Shown: positions 25,032 through 36,300 of the stretch, in pieces
How positions within the stretch are numbered: the stretch's first letter is position 1
Layout of the letters: each line of letters starts with the position of its first letter
Assembly (NCBI GenBank): GCA_001724265.1
Contig: MEDY01000065.1
Location: forward strand, 1 to 64,000
Length of the DNA: 64,000 bases
DNA from: Rhizaria sp. SCN 62-66
Taxonomy: Eukaryota
Reading direction: 5' to 3'
Made by a program: the position numbers and the translations under genes
Notes under the pieces: model-generated
What the model saw: only the letters and a program-made list of their open reading frames with translations
Database searches by the model: none
Told to the model about the DNA's origin: nothing

Positions 25032-26609
25032 CTGAATAGGAAAGCTATGCGAGGCGGGAGTCCAGAGAATGGAAGATGTGACTTTGAGTAAGGTGGGTTT
25101 GTTTGGCGGATTTCTTTTCTAAACACATTTACGCGATTCAAGCGCGATGAAGCGCTTTCAGAAAATTGGAACCAATATTAATTTGGTTTGCTGTTATCTT
25201 TTGCAATTGAAACAATACTCGATGTGTCGTCAGCGAAGCACCTAATAGAAAATTGCCAATTTCGAGGATTGGCACCGACGTTCCATCGAACTCCAAGAAA
25301 CCGTTCGTGGTGAAATCAAAACACGGCCTAACTTTAATTCAAAACACACTTTTGTTTGTGGTGAAATTGAAAATCCTGCATTTTAGACACATATATGAGA
25401 ACTTAGTGACAAATTATGGTGATGAAAAACTATATTGACCTCGATATTTTCTAGATGCATGATATTAAGACCAAACAGAGTGAAGTAAGAGTCTAAAAAG
25501 ATCTTTGTATTTTTGTGGAAAGCTCCGGAAGATGGTCAAGACGCTGGGAATAAACACCACAAACGGGTGGCAAAGGCGGACGCAAAAGCAAATCAGGGAC
25601 AACCCCATGATGTTCTACAGTACCACCAAACAAGTGCCACCATGTTAACGTCCAAAATGCAAAGCCTTTGATTAAGGCAAGTTGTGAAGCAGACTCATCC
25701 CTTTGAACTCATCCCTTCATCCCTTTGAACTAAAGAGAAGTCCACAAAGTGGCCTCGCAACCTTCGCAGACAGTCAGTCACTCTATGACATCTGAGAAAA
25801 AACGTAGAAAAATAGAAGAAACACATCACTTAGTGAGTTAATGGTCGTCAAAGTGTCGATGGAGAGAGTGTGGAACGGATTGGTTTTGAAAGAGGGGTTG
25901 ATTTGGGTTCAGTTGTATACTATCAATATGTTCATCTTCTCAACTGCGACATCGAGATCAAACTAGAGGTGTCAGTTATAGTACTCATCATATGAAAATC
26001 AGTTCCTCAGGCACCGCAGAAGAACTGCGAGGCCGGAGCGCAAAGTGGTGCTGAGAGAGTGGAGAGAGACAACGTACCGTGATGGCAGAGGCCTCCAGCT
26101 AGCGACATAAATCGTAACAGGAGCACATATAAAAAGAAAAACAAACGTATCACGTTTCGAAAGAGCTCATGAACGCTGTTTTGTCTTTATAGCGTGATGC
26201 GAAGAAACACTTTAAAGGTAATTCTTTATGCCGCTCACAAGTCACGGCATCAAGCCAGACCTGCGGTCGGACCGAAGTGACTGTGAGAGGGGAGGCTGGC
26301 GGCCAGACTAAAAGCAGCCTGTGAGGGTTGGGTTCGAGGGCCTGTGAGGGCGGCTTTGAAGCGGGCTTTGCGAACCAGAGGAGCCTTATCTGGAGCTGTT
26401 GTTAATTGCCTGGTTTATTTGCGTTGGATTTTAGTATGTATGTTGTTGATGGCGCTCTGTGACGTCGTTGCATGCCGCATCGGAGGGGTGTTTGTGCCGC
26501 TCCCGATGAGCACTTGGTGCCCCCTCTCTCCCCCTTTCTCCCGCGCCCTTTTCTCATGCTCTCGCCTCGCTGTTTGCCCTTACTCCCCACTCAGTGTCTC
26601 TGCGTCAGG

Positions 26610-27619
26610 ATGAAGTCGCAGATTTTTCTCTTGCTGGCGTCGCTCGCCATTGCGCTTACGCAGTGTGGTACGTACTTTCTCTCGTCGGGTCCCACTTTCC
26701 TTGTCCCCTTTGCTTCGTCTTCTCCTACGCTGTCCCCTCGCCGCCCAAGCGCTTTTCACCTTTTCATTGCGCTTCCTTACGACTCCAACTCTACTCTTCT
26801 ATTGCTGACTACCTTTTTTTTACTGTGCTGTTCTTGTTTTGCTTCGTAATCTCCGTCCCACTTTCAGCGGCCATGTCCCTCAAGACTGAGGTGGAGGCCT
26901 TCCCCCCCGTTGTGTTCACCTACAACGTGACGGCCTGCGATGGCTGCAAGTTCGGCTGCCGCACCAAGTTCGACCGCGTTCACATCACCGAGCGCAAGGC
27001 GTGCCGTGCGGATTGCGACAAGCAGGAGTTCTGCGTTGTCTACTCTCCCGTCGAGACCAAGCCCGACCCTGTGTCTGTGTACACAGTCAACCCCGTTCTG
27101 GCTCGTGCGGCCCTCGGCGCCATCAGCTCTGGTGCCCTCAACGAGACTCAGCTTCTTGCTGCCAACAACAACGCTACCCAGGCCCTCATCAACCTCGTGA
27201 CTCCCGCCCCCAAGGAGTACGTCGGCGCTGAGGAGAAGCCCGCCGACGCGGCCACCTTCTTCAAGAAGCTCCAGCAGTACATCGAGTGGAAGACTGTCCA
27301 GGACCAGAAGGCCGACAACGTCACCGCCCCCGAGTACAAGGAGGAGGACGTCCTCCCCCAGATCCCCGTCGTGTGCGTCGAGTGCGTGCGCAAGGTGATG
27401 GGTCCCGGCGAGACCATCCTCGCCCACATCACCGACCTCCCCCGCCACAACCTCACTCTGCCCCCCCCCAAGAAGAACGAGACCACCCCCATCAGCAATG
27501 TCACTGAGGCCCCCGTTGCCGCTCCCCCCTCGGTCACCGTCCCCATTGACAACACCAAGCCTGCTGAGGGCACCACCAATTCCCCCATCATTGATGCCCC
27601 CGCCCTTAACAACTTCTAA
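26610..27619 (+). CDS. Secreted Cys-containing, Pro/Thr-rich glycoprotein of unknown family; exons 26610-26667 and 26868-27619
   Basis: Signal peptide MKSQIFLLLASLAIALTQCA; CDGC..C...C..DC....FC cluster and a CVEC motif; several NxT sequons; strong C-ending codon bias. Confidence 0.8.
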
Positions 27620-28343
27620 GTAACTTATCCGCGGATAAAGACTTGAAGTTTGGAAGTGGATGCTGATGGTGTGCGTGTGATAGTGTGTGTATATGTGTGG
27701 GTGATCCGTCGGTGATCACGAGATGTGAAAAGAAAGCCGCAGTACAACTCACCCCGTACCAGTGGCGATCTTCGGAAGTGCGCTCTTTCTTTTTGATAGC
27801 AACAACTACCTACCACCGCGAATACTCGTGCCCGTGTTTGTAGTGACTTTAGATAAGAGTAAATCGAGTGCGTATGAGCATGACAACGAAAGGCAAAGGC
27901 TTTTTACGTGCGTGTGCTTTGCTCCGCTGCCCCATCACTGTGCAGTGACTTTAACTGTGCACGATGCAATGGAGTGAGAATTGTTCGATGGTTTTAATAA
28001 CAACAAACTCGTCACATAACACACGAATGTCATTTTTTTGTCGTTCTAGTGCGGAATACATAATACAAAGCTTGAAAATCCAAAGCAAAGACCTCAAGTC
28101 CACTCAACTCATTCCTGTATTTTGTTTGACATGTGTTTGAATTATGGTTATATTGTTTATTGTCGGGCTCTTTTTGATAATTAAGACAACGGAGAGCATT
28201 GACGGCTCCTAAAGCCGAGATCTACTATGAATCACATGTTTTGTTTGCTCAAATCATCTTGCTTGAGCTCATCTCCTCCAACCAGTCCACGAAACCTCTG
28301 CACAACCTCTTGTGTGTGCCCGTGCCTGCTCCTGGTTGCTTAC

Positions 28344-29905
28344 TTAGAAGGCGGGCATGGGGGGCAGGCGGTCAAGAATGGTGAGGAACGCATGGGTCCA
28401 GTGGTTCACCGTGTTCTCGTACATCTGCACGCCGCTGGGGTTGAACTGCGTGAAACACTGCTCCTGCTGGCCCGTCACGGGCAGCGCGAAGCCGTTGGCC
28501 GTGACGCTCTGCGCGGCCCGCTCGCCCGCCGCGGAGACGGTGGTGTCGAGCTCGAGCGCGACGAGGCCCTCCAGCTCAGCGCTGGGCGCGAACGTGCCGG
28601 GATTGGACAGGCACGAGTGCCCGCGGCGGGGCTTGGGCGCCACCGACGCCGCGAGCTCGAGCGCGATGACGTCGTCCTCAGCCTCGGACTCGGCGTCAGC
28701 GTCAGCGTCGGCGTCAGAGTCGGCGTCACTGTCAGCGTCGGCCTCGGAGTCGTGCTCATGCTCGTGGTCGTGCTCGTGCTCATGTTCATGGTCGTGGTCA
28801 GCGGACGCCTCGAACAGGGCGCTCATGTCCATCTCCTCCTCGCTGGCGCTGCCGGACTCGGTGTCAACCTTGGCGCTTGACTCGACCAGCGAGGCGGAGC
28901 GCGCATTGGCGTAGTTCTGACCGTCCCAGATCTCGAACGCGAACGAGTAGGGCACGCGCAGGGTCTCGAAGGCGTAGTCGAGGCAGTTGCCGGGGCAGAG
29001 GTAGTTGAGCTCCTTGGCGGCAGCGCCGACGCCGCAGCGACAGTAGTTCTGGTTCACGTCGCGAAGGATGTCAATCATAGTGCGGCGGCCAGTGTAGAGG
29101 TACTTAGCCAGCCGGCGGTCGCCCATGTTGACCATATCGTCCTTGGTGTAGGCGAACGGCGTGTACATGCCCAGCGCGCCAGAGTGGATTGACATGAACA
29201 CGTTGGGGCGGAACGAGGACACCACGTCGCGCACGAAGCGGGTCTCGCGCTCCGAGAAGGCCGCGGGGCCCGAAGCGGTCGACTTGGCCGTCTCGAGGTG
29301 CCAACCGATGTTCCAGTTGCGGTTCAGGTCGACGTGGTTGGCGTTAGTGCGGTGGCAGAACTGGCCGCGCTCGACGATGCGGCGGCCGTCGGGGTTCACA
29401 ATGGGGAACACGAGGAAGGTGTACTTCTTCAGCGCAGCCGCAGCGCGCGCGCGCATCGCGGCGTCTCCCGCCTTGCCGCAGAGCACCGAGAGCATGCGGA
29501 GCGAAGTCTCGGGGGAGATGAGCTCGCGAGCGTGCTCGCCGAAGAGCATGGCGACGCGCTGGGGGCCACCGAGCACCTTGACGGTCATCAGCGAGACGCC
29601 ATGGTGGGTCTCAGTCCTAGAGTAAGTGACGAAGAAATAATACAGAGGAACTGTGAGCGCTGCAGAGAAGGGAACGACAAGCAGAGTGCTGTCAAAGGAG
29701 TGTGTTGGACGGAGAAAAAGGAAGGTCTGGGAGAGGGGAGACAGGAGTGGACGTACTTGACAGCCATAATTGGACACTCCTTAGCAAGGGCCTGAACCTT
29801 TGCTGCAATGGCATCAGTGGAGTGGTACGGCTCCAGGCTGAACGGGCTCACGAGACCCAGGGCAGCACCCAAGAGAGCTAAGAGGATGACAGAGAGGAAC
29901 TTCAT
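28344..29905 (-). CDS. Secreted M14 zinc carboxypeptidase; exons 29905-29757 and 29616-28344
   Basis: Signal peptide MKFLSVILLALLGAALG; motifs GEHARE, NPDGR, VDLNRNW, SIHSG and FAFEI. Intron GTACGT...CTCTAG. Stop TAA. Confidence 0.92.
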
Positions 29906-30358
29906 CCGGGTCACTGGTGTGAGATTTTTTGTCCCACTGATCGATAAAAGAAAGATATAAATACCCCTGTAAGTGTAAAAACCTACAGACGACTGTTTAT
30001 GTTCTTTGCTCGCCACCCAGCCGCGCATTTGACGCCTCAAGATCACCCTCGAGCCCCCTTGCAAGCGGCCTAATTTTTCCGACCTGGTTGCTGGCCGGCC
30101 AGGCTGTGTACAAGTTAGTCCTAAATAAAGAGCGCTCGGAAGTGACTTTAAGTCGGTATATGTATTTATTTGTGGCCCTTTGTCGAATATCAGTAAGAAT
30201 ACAACTTGTTCTTCTTTATCATGGGTTTAATTCATTTCTAAACGTGTTATATATCCCCGCAAACGCACGTGTTAAGTTAGTCAAAGCTCTCGCTCTTATG
30301 CGCGCTGACATATCAACCACACGCATGCAAGTGGGTGGCTTCACGTTTCATATCGTGC

Positions 30359-33300
30359 TCACTGCGGGATGTACACGCGGCCGCCCTTGCGCTTGAGCAC
30401 GTGAACCTCGGCCTTGAGGGCGTCGATCTCCTTCTCCTGCAGCTGCACGAGGTGCAGCAGCTCGCGGCGCTCGGCCTCGGCCTGCTCGTCCGCCGGCGAC
30501 GCGTCCGTCACGTGCACGTTCTTAGTCGTCTTGTTCAGCTGCGTCTCGAGCGCGTATTGCGCACGCGTGAGCTTGGCAACCTGCTCAAGCAGGCGCGTGT
30601 TCTTGGCTGTGACGGAAGTCAAGTCGTCCTTGGCGGCCTGCACGCGGTTGTCCCACTCATGTAGCTTGCGCGACGCGGCCTCCTCCATGGAGCGCAACTT
30701 GGAGCGCAGCCCCACGGCGGCCTCGTCCTCGCCCACGGTCGCCAGCACCGAGAGATCGATGACTTGGCCGAACTTAAGCCGCTGGACGTCCTCGCAGTGC
30801 TGTTTCTCGGCAGTGATCTGGGCCTTCTTCTGTTCGATATCCTTCATCAGCGTACGGCGCGCGCGCTTGAGCTCCTTGATCTGCACCGACAGCGCGGCCT
30901 GCTCCTCATCGAGCTCGGAGATGCGGTGACGCAGACGACGCAGTCCGGAGACTGTGAAGACCACCGACGATGACAGTGTAGACGGCAGCACCAGCCGGCC
31001 GGTCGCACCAGCGCCAGACTCGGCGCCATTGTAGCCACTCGCGGCGGCAGCGGCCGCAGGGTCGGACTCCTCAGGGACGAGGTTGCAGATTTGTGACAGA
31101 CGCAGCGGCAGCGTGACCTGGACCTGATTAAGCGCCTGCTGCTTCTCGCCCTGGAACGCGTCGATGTCGGCGCGCACGACGTCGAGATCGCGGTCAACCG
31201 CGCGCTCACGCGTCTGGTGGCGCTCGTACGTCTTCTCCAACTCGCCGATTTGCCGGCGCAGGCCTTCGCGGATCGTGTCTTGCTCCAGCCGGCGCGCGCG
31301 CAGCTCGAGAACCTTCTCAAAGGCCGCAGCATCGCAGCCGGGCGGGCAGCCGCCGTCCTCATCGTCGGACAGATCGCTATCGTCGCCGCTCTCCATGTCC
31401 TCGTCATCATCGCTGTATGCGTCGCGGCCGCGCGAGGACGACGACGCGGGTCCGTCGTCGTCCTGGCCGCGCTTGCGGCGCACACGGCGCATGTACGCAC
31501 GCAGAAGCTGTGCGTAGAGCTCGCTCATCTTGCCATCGGCAACAACAGTGCCCGCGGCAGACGCGGCAGCAGCGTCGGCGCCCTTGGCGACGAGCTCAAA
31601 CTCGGCGCTAAGCTGGCGGTCGCGCGCGGCACACGCCTCGACGTCGGCGAGCTTACCGTTAAGCGCGCGCTCGCACATCGCCAAGTCGGCGATGACCTGC
31701 GCCTTGAGCGCGGTGGCCTTGGTAAGGCGCGCGGTGAGCACGCCCTCCTGCTCCGCGCAGTCGCGCAGCAAGATGAGCTCCTCGTACAGCGTAATGAGAC
31801 GCAGCTCGGTCGACTTGACGTCGGTGTCGAGCTTGCTCTTCTCCACACGCAGACGCAGCACGGCATCGTCGAACGCGGCGACCGCGAGATCCATGCGCGC
31901 AGTCAGCTCGCGACGCTCGTCGGCCAGCAGACGCAGCCGCTGCGCCTCCTGCGAGGCTTCCATGGCGCTGCGCGGGACGAGCGCGAGACGCTCGGCATGG
32001 AGGTCGCGGCGCTCCTGCAGCAGCAGCGCGCGCTCGGCCGCCGCGGACGCTAGGGAGGGCTGCGCGCCGGCGCCAGCGGTCGCGCCCACGGCCACCATTG
32101 CAGCCGCAGCCGAAGCCGCGCTGGCGTTGGTGACCGTGGGCGCGGCAGGCGCGTCGGACATGCCGCCGTAGAGATCCTGGGGGGTCATCTTGGCGTTGTC
32201 CTCGCGCGCCCGCTGCACGCGGAGCGCCTCTTGCTCGGCCTGCCATTGCGCGAACTTCTCCAGGTCAGCGTCGGTGGAGCGATCGCGGTGCTCAGGCCAC
32301 TCGGCGGGGTCCGTCGTGGGCACGAACACGGGTTCAGCAATGCCCAACGCGGCGTTGAGCTCGCGCACGCGCGTGCCGTCTGCGCGGAGCTGCGTCGTGA
32401 GCGCGGCCTTGATGCGGCGCAGCGCGAGTACGCGCTCGTTCATCTCCATTTTGAGCATGTGCACGGCCTCCTGCAGCAGCACCATCTGGCGGCGCTTGTT
32501 CGTAACCGTCGCGCGGCGCGCCTCAGGCACCTTGAGCGCCGGGTCCGCCTTAAGCGCGTAGTCGCCGAGGTGCTGCTCCGCGAAGACGATCGCAGCCATG
32601 TCCGCAGCGTTGTGTGCGAGGCGGTCGGGCCGCGCCGCGCGGAGCAGCTGCAGCTGCTGGCGGCGCTGCTCGCGCTCCGCACGGCGCTGCGCAGCGTCCC
32701 AGCCGGCGCCGGAGCCGCCAGCGCCGGTCTTGCTTGCCGGGCCGCCTGCACCGCCAGTAGTGGCGGAGGCCGAGGCGATGCCAGCGCCGGCGAGCGCGGC
32801 CGAGGACGCACTAGCGCCGTCGGCAATCGCGCGCACGGTCTGCAGCAGCCGCAGCGGGTCCGCCGCGCCACCAGCAGCAGTGGCGGCAGCAGCAGCGGCC
32901 TCGGCGTCGTCGCCACCCGCGGCGGCGGCCGACAGAGCGGCCTCGCCGTTGGCGGCGCCGTTGGCGTCGGGCTCGGCCAGGAGCGCGCGGACCTGCTTGA
33001 TGGCGGCCGTCAGGAACGCCGGCAGCGCGGGCGTGCGGTAGGTGCTCACGGTCATGCCGGAGCGGAACGCGCGGAGGCGCACGCATTCGACCTGGATCGG
33101 GGCGAGGAAGCGGGCGCGCAGCTTGGCCAGCGCGACGGCATGTTTCTCGCTCTCCCAGGCCAGCTCGCGCTGCACCTCCTCGACCTTGACGGCGGCCTCG
33201 TGCTCGAACTGCTGGCGCAGACGGGGATCGAGCTCGAAAGAACTGCGCGCGAGCCGCTGCGAGGGCTCCAGCAGCGCGTTTTGCTTGAGCAAGTATGCGA

Positions 33301-36300
33301 ACTCGGCGCGCAGCTCGTCGATCTCGCGGCGCACGTACTCCTTCTTCTTGTCCGCCAGCGCGACGCGCTCGTCGACCTCCTGCTGCTGCTTGGCCTGCTC
33401 CAGCGAATAGTTGCCCAGCACTTCGGGGACGTCGCGCTCGCCCGCGCCGACGCCGCCGTCGCCGCCCGCGGCGTCGTCGTCGCCCACGGGCGCGGGCAGC
33501 GGCACGGCGACCGCGGCGTGGTACCGCTGCATCAGACTCACATCGCCCTGCGCGGCGGCCTCGCGAGCAGCCGCGAGCTCGCGCTGCCGCGCGGCGCGGG
33601 CCTCGAGCGCGGCGAGGTGCTTGCCGCGCTCGACCTCCTGCGCGACCGCAGGCGCCGATGCCGCGGCGAGCAGCGCGACGGCGTGCTCGCGGTCCGCCAT
33701 GCGCAGTGCGAGCGCGACGTCGTGGAGCACGGCGAAGAAGTTGCCGTCGGCGCCCGCGGAGAGGATGAAGCGCTCGTCGAAGGTCGAGGCCAGCGCGCGG
33801 ACGGCGCCGCCGTGGCCTGAGTGCAGGTGCGAGTGGAAGAAGAACTGAATGTCGGCCACAGGGCGGATCTGCACCGAGCCGTGCGCGGTGCCCGCGAGCA
33901 GCAGGGAGCCGCGAGCGGAGTAGTTGAGCGCGGTCACGGGGCCGACGCCGGGGCCCAGCGGCAGCGAGCGGGCGGGCTCGGCCGCGCCGGCGCCGGAGCC
34001 AGATGCAGCGGCGGCGGTCGCAGCGGCCGCGGCAGCCACGGTGGATGCGGCGCCGACGCCGGCACCGGCGGTCCACTGGTACTCATGCAGCGCCTGGTAC
34101 TTAGCCCAGGGCGCGACGAGCACGGAGCCGGGGACGGGCCCGCGGACGACGTGGCCCGCCTGGGCACCAGTGAACACCTCGTCGTCTCCGCCGCTGCCCG
34201 CGTTGTCCGCGGAGGCCTTGGCGACCACGGCGCCGGCGCTGGCGCCGCTGCTGTCGGCGTTGTTGCTGTCCTCGACGTGCATGGAGGCATCGTCGAAGGC
34301 GCAGTAGAATGGCCACTGGCCTGGCGCGGGCACGGCGGGCACCGCGCTGCCGTGCGCGGGCGCGGGCGGGTGGCGCACGTACATCAGGCACGACACGGCG
34401 TCGGCGCGCGTGTCGGGCAGCAACTCCTCCTGGACCGCGGCAGACGAGGCCGCAGCGGCGGCGGCGGCAGCGGCGGCGGCCGAGGCGTCGCCCCCGTCGG
34501 CGCTGGCTGCAGCGGCCTCAGCGGCAGCCGCGGCGGCCGCAGCCTCGGCCTCCTCGTCGGGCGGCAGGCGGCAGAGCGCGGGGACCTGCGGGCGCATGGT
34601 GCGCGTGGCGAGCGAAATGAGGTACGTCTCGCGCGCGGCCTCGGGCGGGTACGCGTGAGGCAGCGGGCGCGCGACCTGGAACACCAGCGGGCCGCGCGCG
34701 AAGAGGACGTGCTGCGAGTCGGGCGCCCACTGCAGCGACACGATCGGGGGCTGCTGCGCCTGCGCCGCGGCGCTCGTGGCGGCGGAGGCGGCGGCAGCCG
34801 CGGCGTCGCCCGAGCCAGAGCCGGAGCCGGAGCCGGAGGAGCCGGACGAGCCAGATGCGGCCGAGCCGGAGCTGGTGGTCGTGGGGACCGTGGTGCCGGC
34901 GCCCGGCGCGGTCTGGATGAAGCCGATGGGCGCCAGCGCGGAACCGCCGGCGAGGACCTCGAAGAAGAACACGGTGCCATCGGCGCCCGCGGTGGCGAGC
35001 TGCGAGCCGTCGGGTGCGAAAGCAAAGCCCACGACGGGGCCCGAGTGCGGGCGCGCGGCGGCGCGGAGCACGAAGCCCGACGACGTGCGCGCCAGGATGC
35101 GGACGACGCCGTCCGCGAAGCCCACGGCAACAAGGTTGCCGCCCGCGGTGGCTGCGTCGGCCGCGGAAAGCGCGGCGGGCGGCGCGTCGGGCGAGAGCGT
35201 GTGCGCAACCGAGGGCGGGGCCCAGGCCTGCGCGGTGGCGGCAACGGGAAACTTACGCGCGAAGAGCTGGCGGCCGCCGTGGACGTCCCAGCAGCGCACG
35301 GTGCCGTCACTGCCGGCCGTGACGGCCGTGTGCGCAAAGGGGGACGCGGCCAGGCCCGTGATGGGGCCCGCGTGGACGGTAAGCAGCGGCTCGGGGCGGG
35401 AGCCGGCGAGCAGCGGGAGGCGGAAGAGTCCGCCGCGCTTGTTGAGGATGACCCAGTGGTCGTCGCCGCGGAGCATGGCGCCCACGGCGACGTCAGGGCC
35501 CAGGAAGATCTCCTCCGTGGGCTCCACGGCCAGGATCAAATCCTCGGACGCCGCCTCGGCGAACTCGAACGTGTCGAGCGGCCAGGTGCGGAGATACCCG
35601 TCATCGCCGGCAGTGAGCACTTCGCGGCCCCGGAGCTCGACGAACTCGATCGCGCCCGCGTGGCACGGCCGGCCGTCGGCGCGCTGCAGCTGCAGCTGCA
35701 CGAGCCCGCCGTCCCAGACCAGGAGCGAGCCGCGCTCGGTGCCGGAGACGACCTTGCCGTCGGGCAGCTCGGTGAAGGCCGCGATATCCGAGAGCTCGAC
35801 GGCGCCGAACTTTCCGATCGCGCCCTGGAGCTTGAGGCCCGTGAAGGTGCGCGACATCTGCCAAAAGCGGATGTGGCCCTGGCCCGAGGTCTGCAACCGC
35901 GCCTCGTTGCGGGGCGAGAACTGGACGCGGAAGACGTCCTGTGAGAACGCCTTTGTGCGAAGCGTGACGCGCTCGTTGGCCCAGTCCCAGAGCACGAGCG
36001 AGTAGTCGGGCGCGGCGCCCACGGACGCAAGCTTGGAGCCCGACGGGGAGAAGGTGACCGATGTAAAGGCGAGCTCGGTGCCGCCGCGGAGGATGCGCAC
36101 GACCTGCAACGCGGGCCAGGAGTAGATGTAGATGTTGGGCCGCGAGCCCGTCTCGGCGACGGCGAAGTACTGCTTCGACGGGTGCACCGCGACGGCGCCC
36201 ACGCCGGCGCCGGGGGACTGGTCGTGGCCGAAGACGATCTCCTGCTTGCCGGTGAAGAGGTCGAGCGTCTGCACCGTGTGGCCCACGGCGAACAGGAGCA

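Noticed and set aside
25692-25731. Short imperfect tandem repeat (CTCATCCCTTTGAA)
   Set aside because: Only 2-3 copies with no spacers; this is a local slippage duplication, not a CRISPR array or mobile element.
26310-26360. GGTTCGA (T-loop-like) flanked by repeated GCCTGTGAGGG, considered as a possible suppressor tRNA
   Set aside because: No cloverleaf or A box could be built. I found no tRNA gene in the window.
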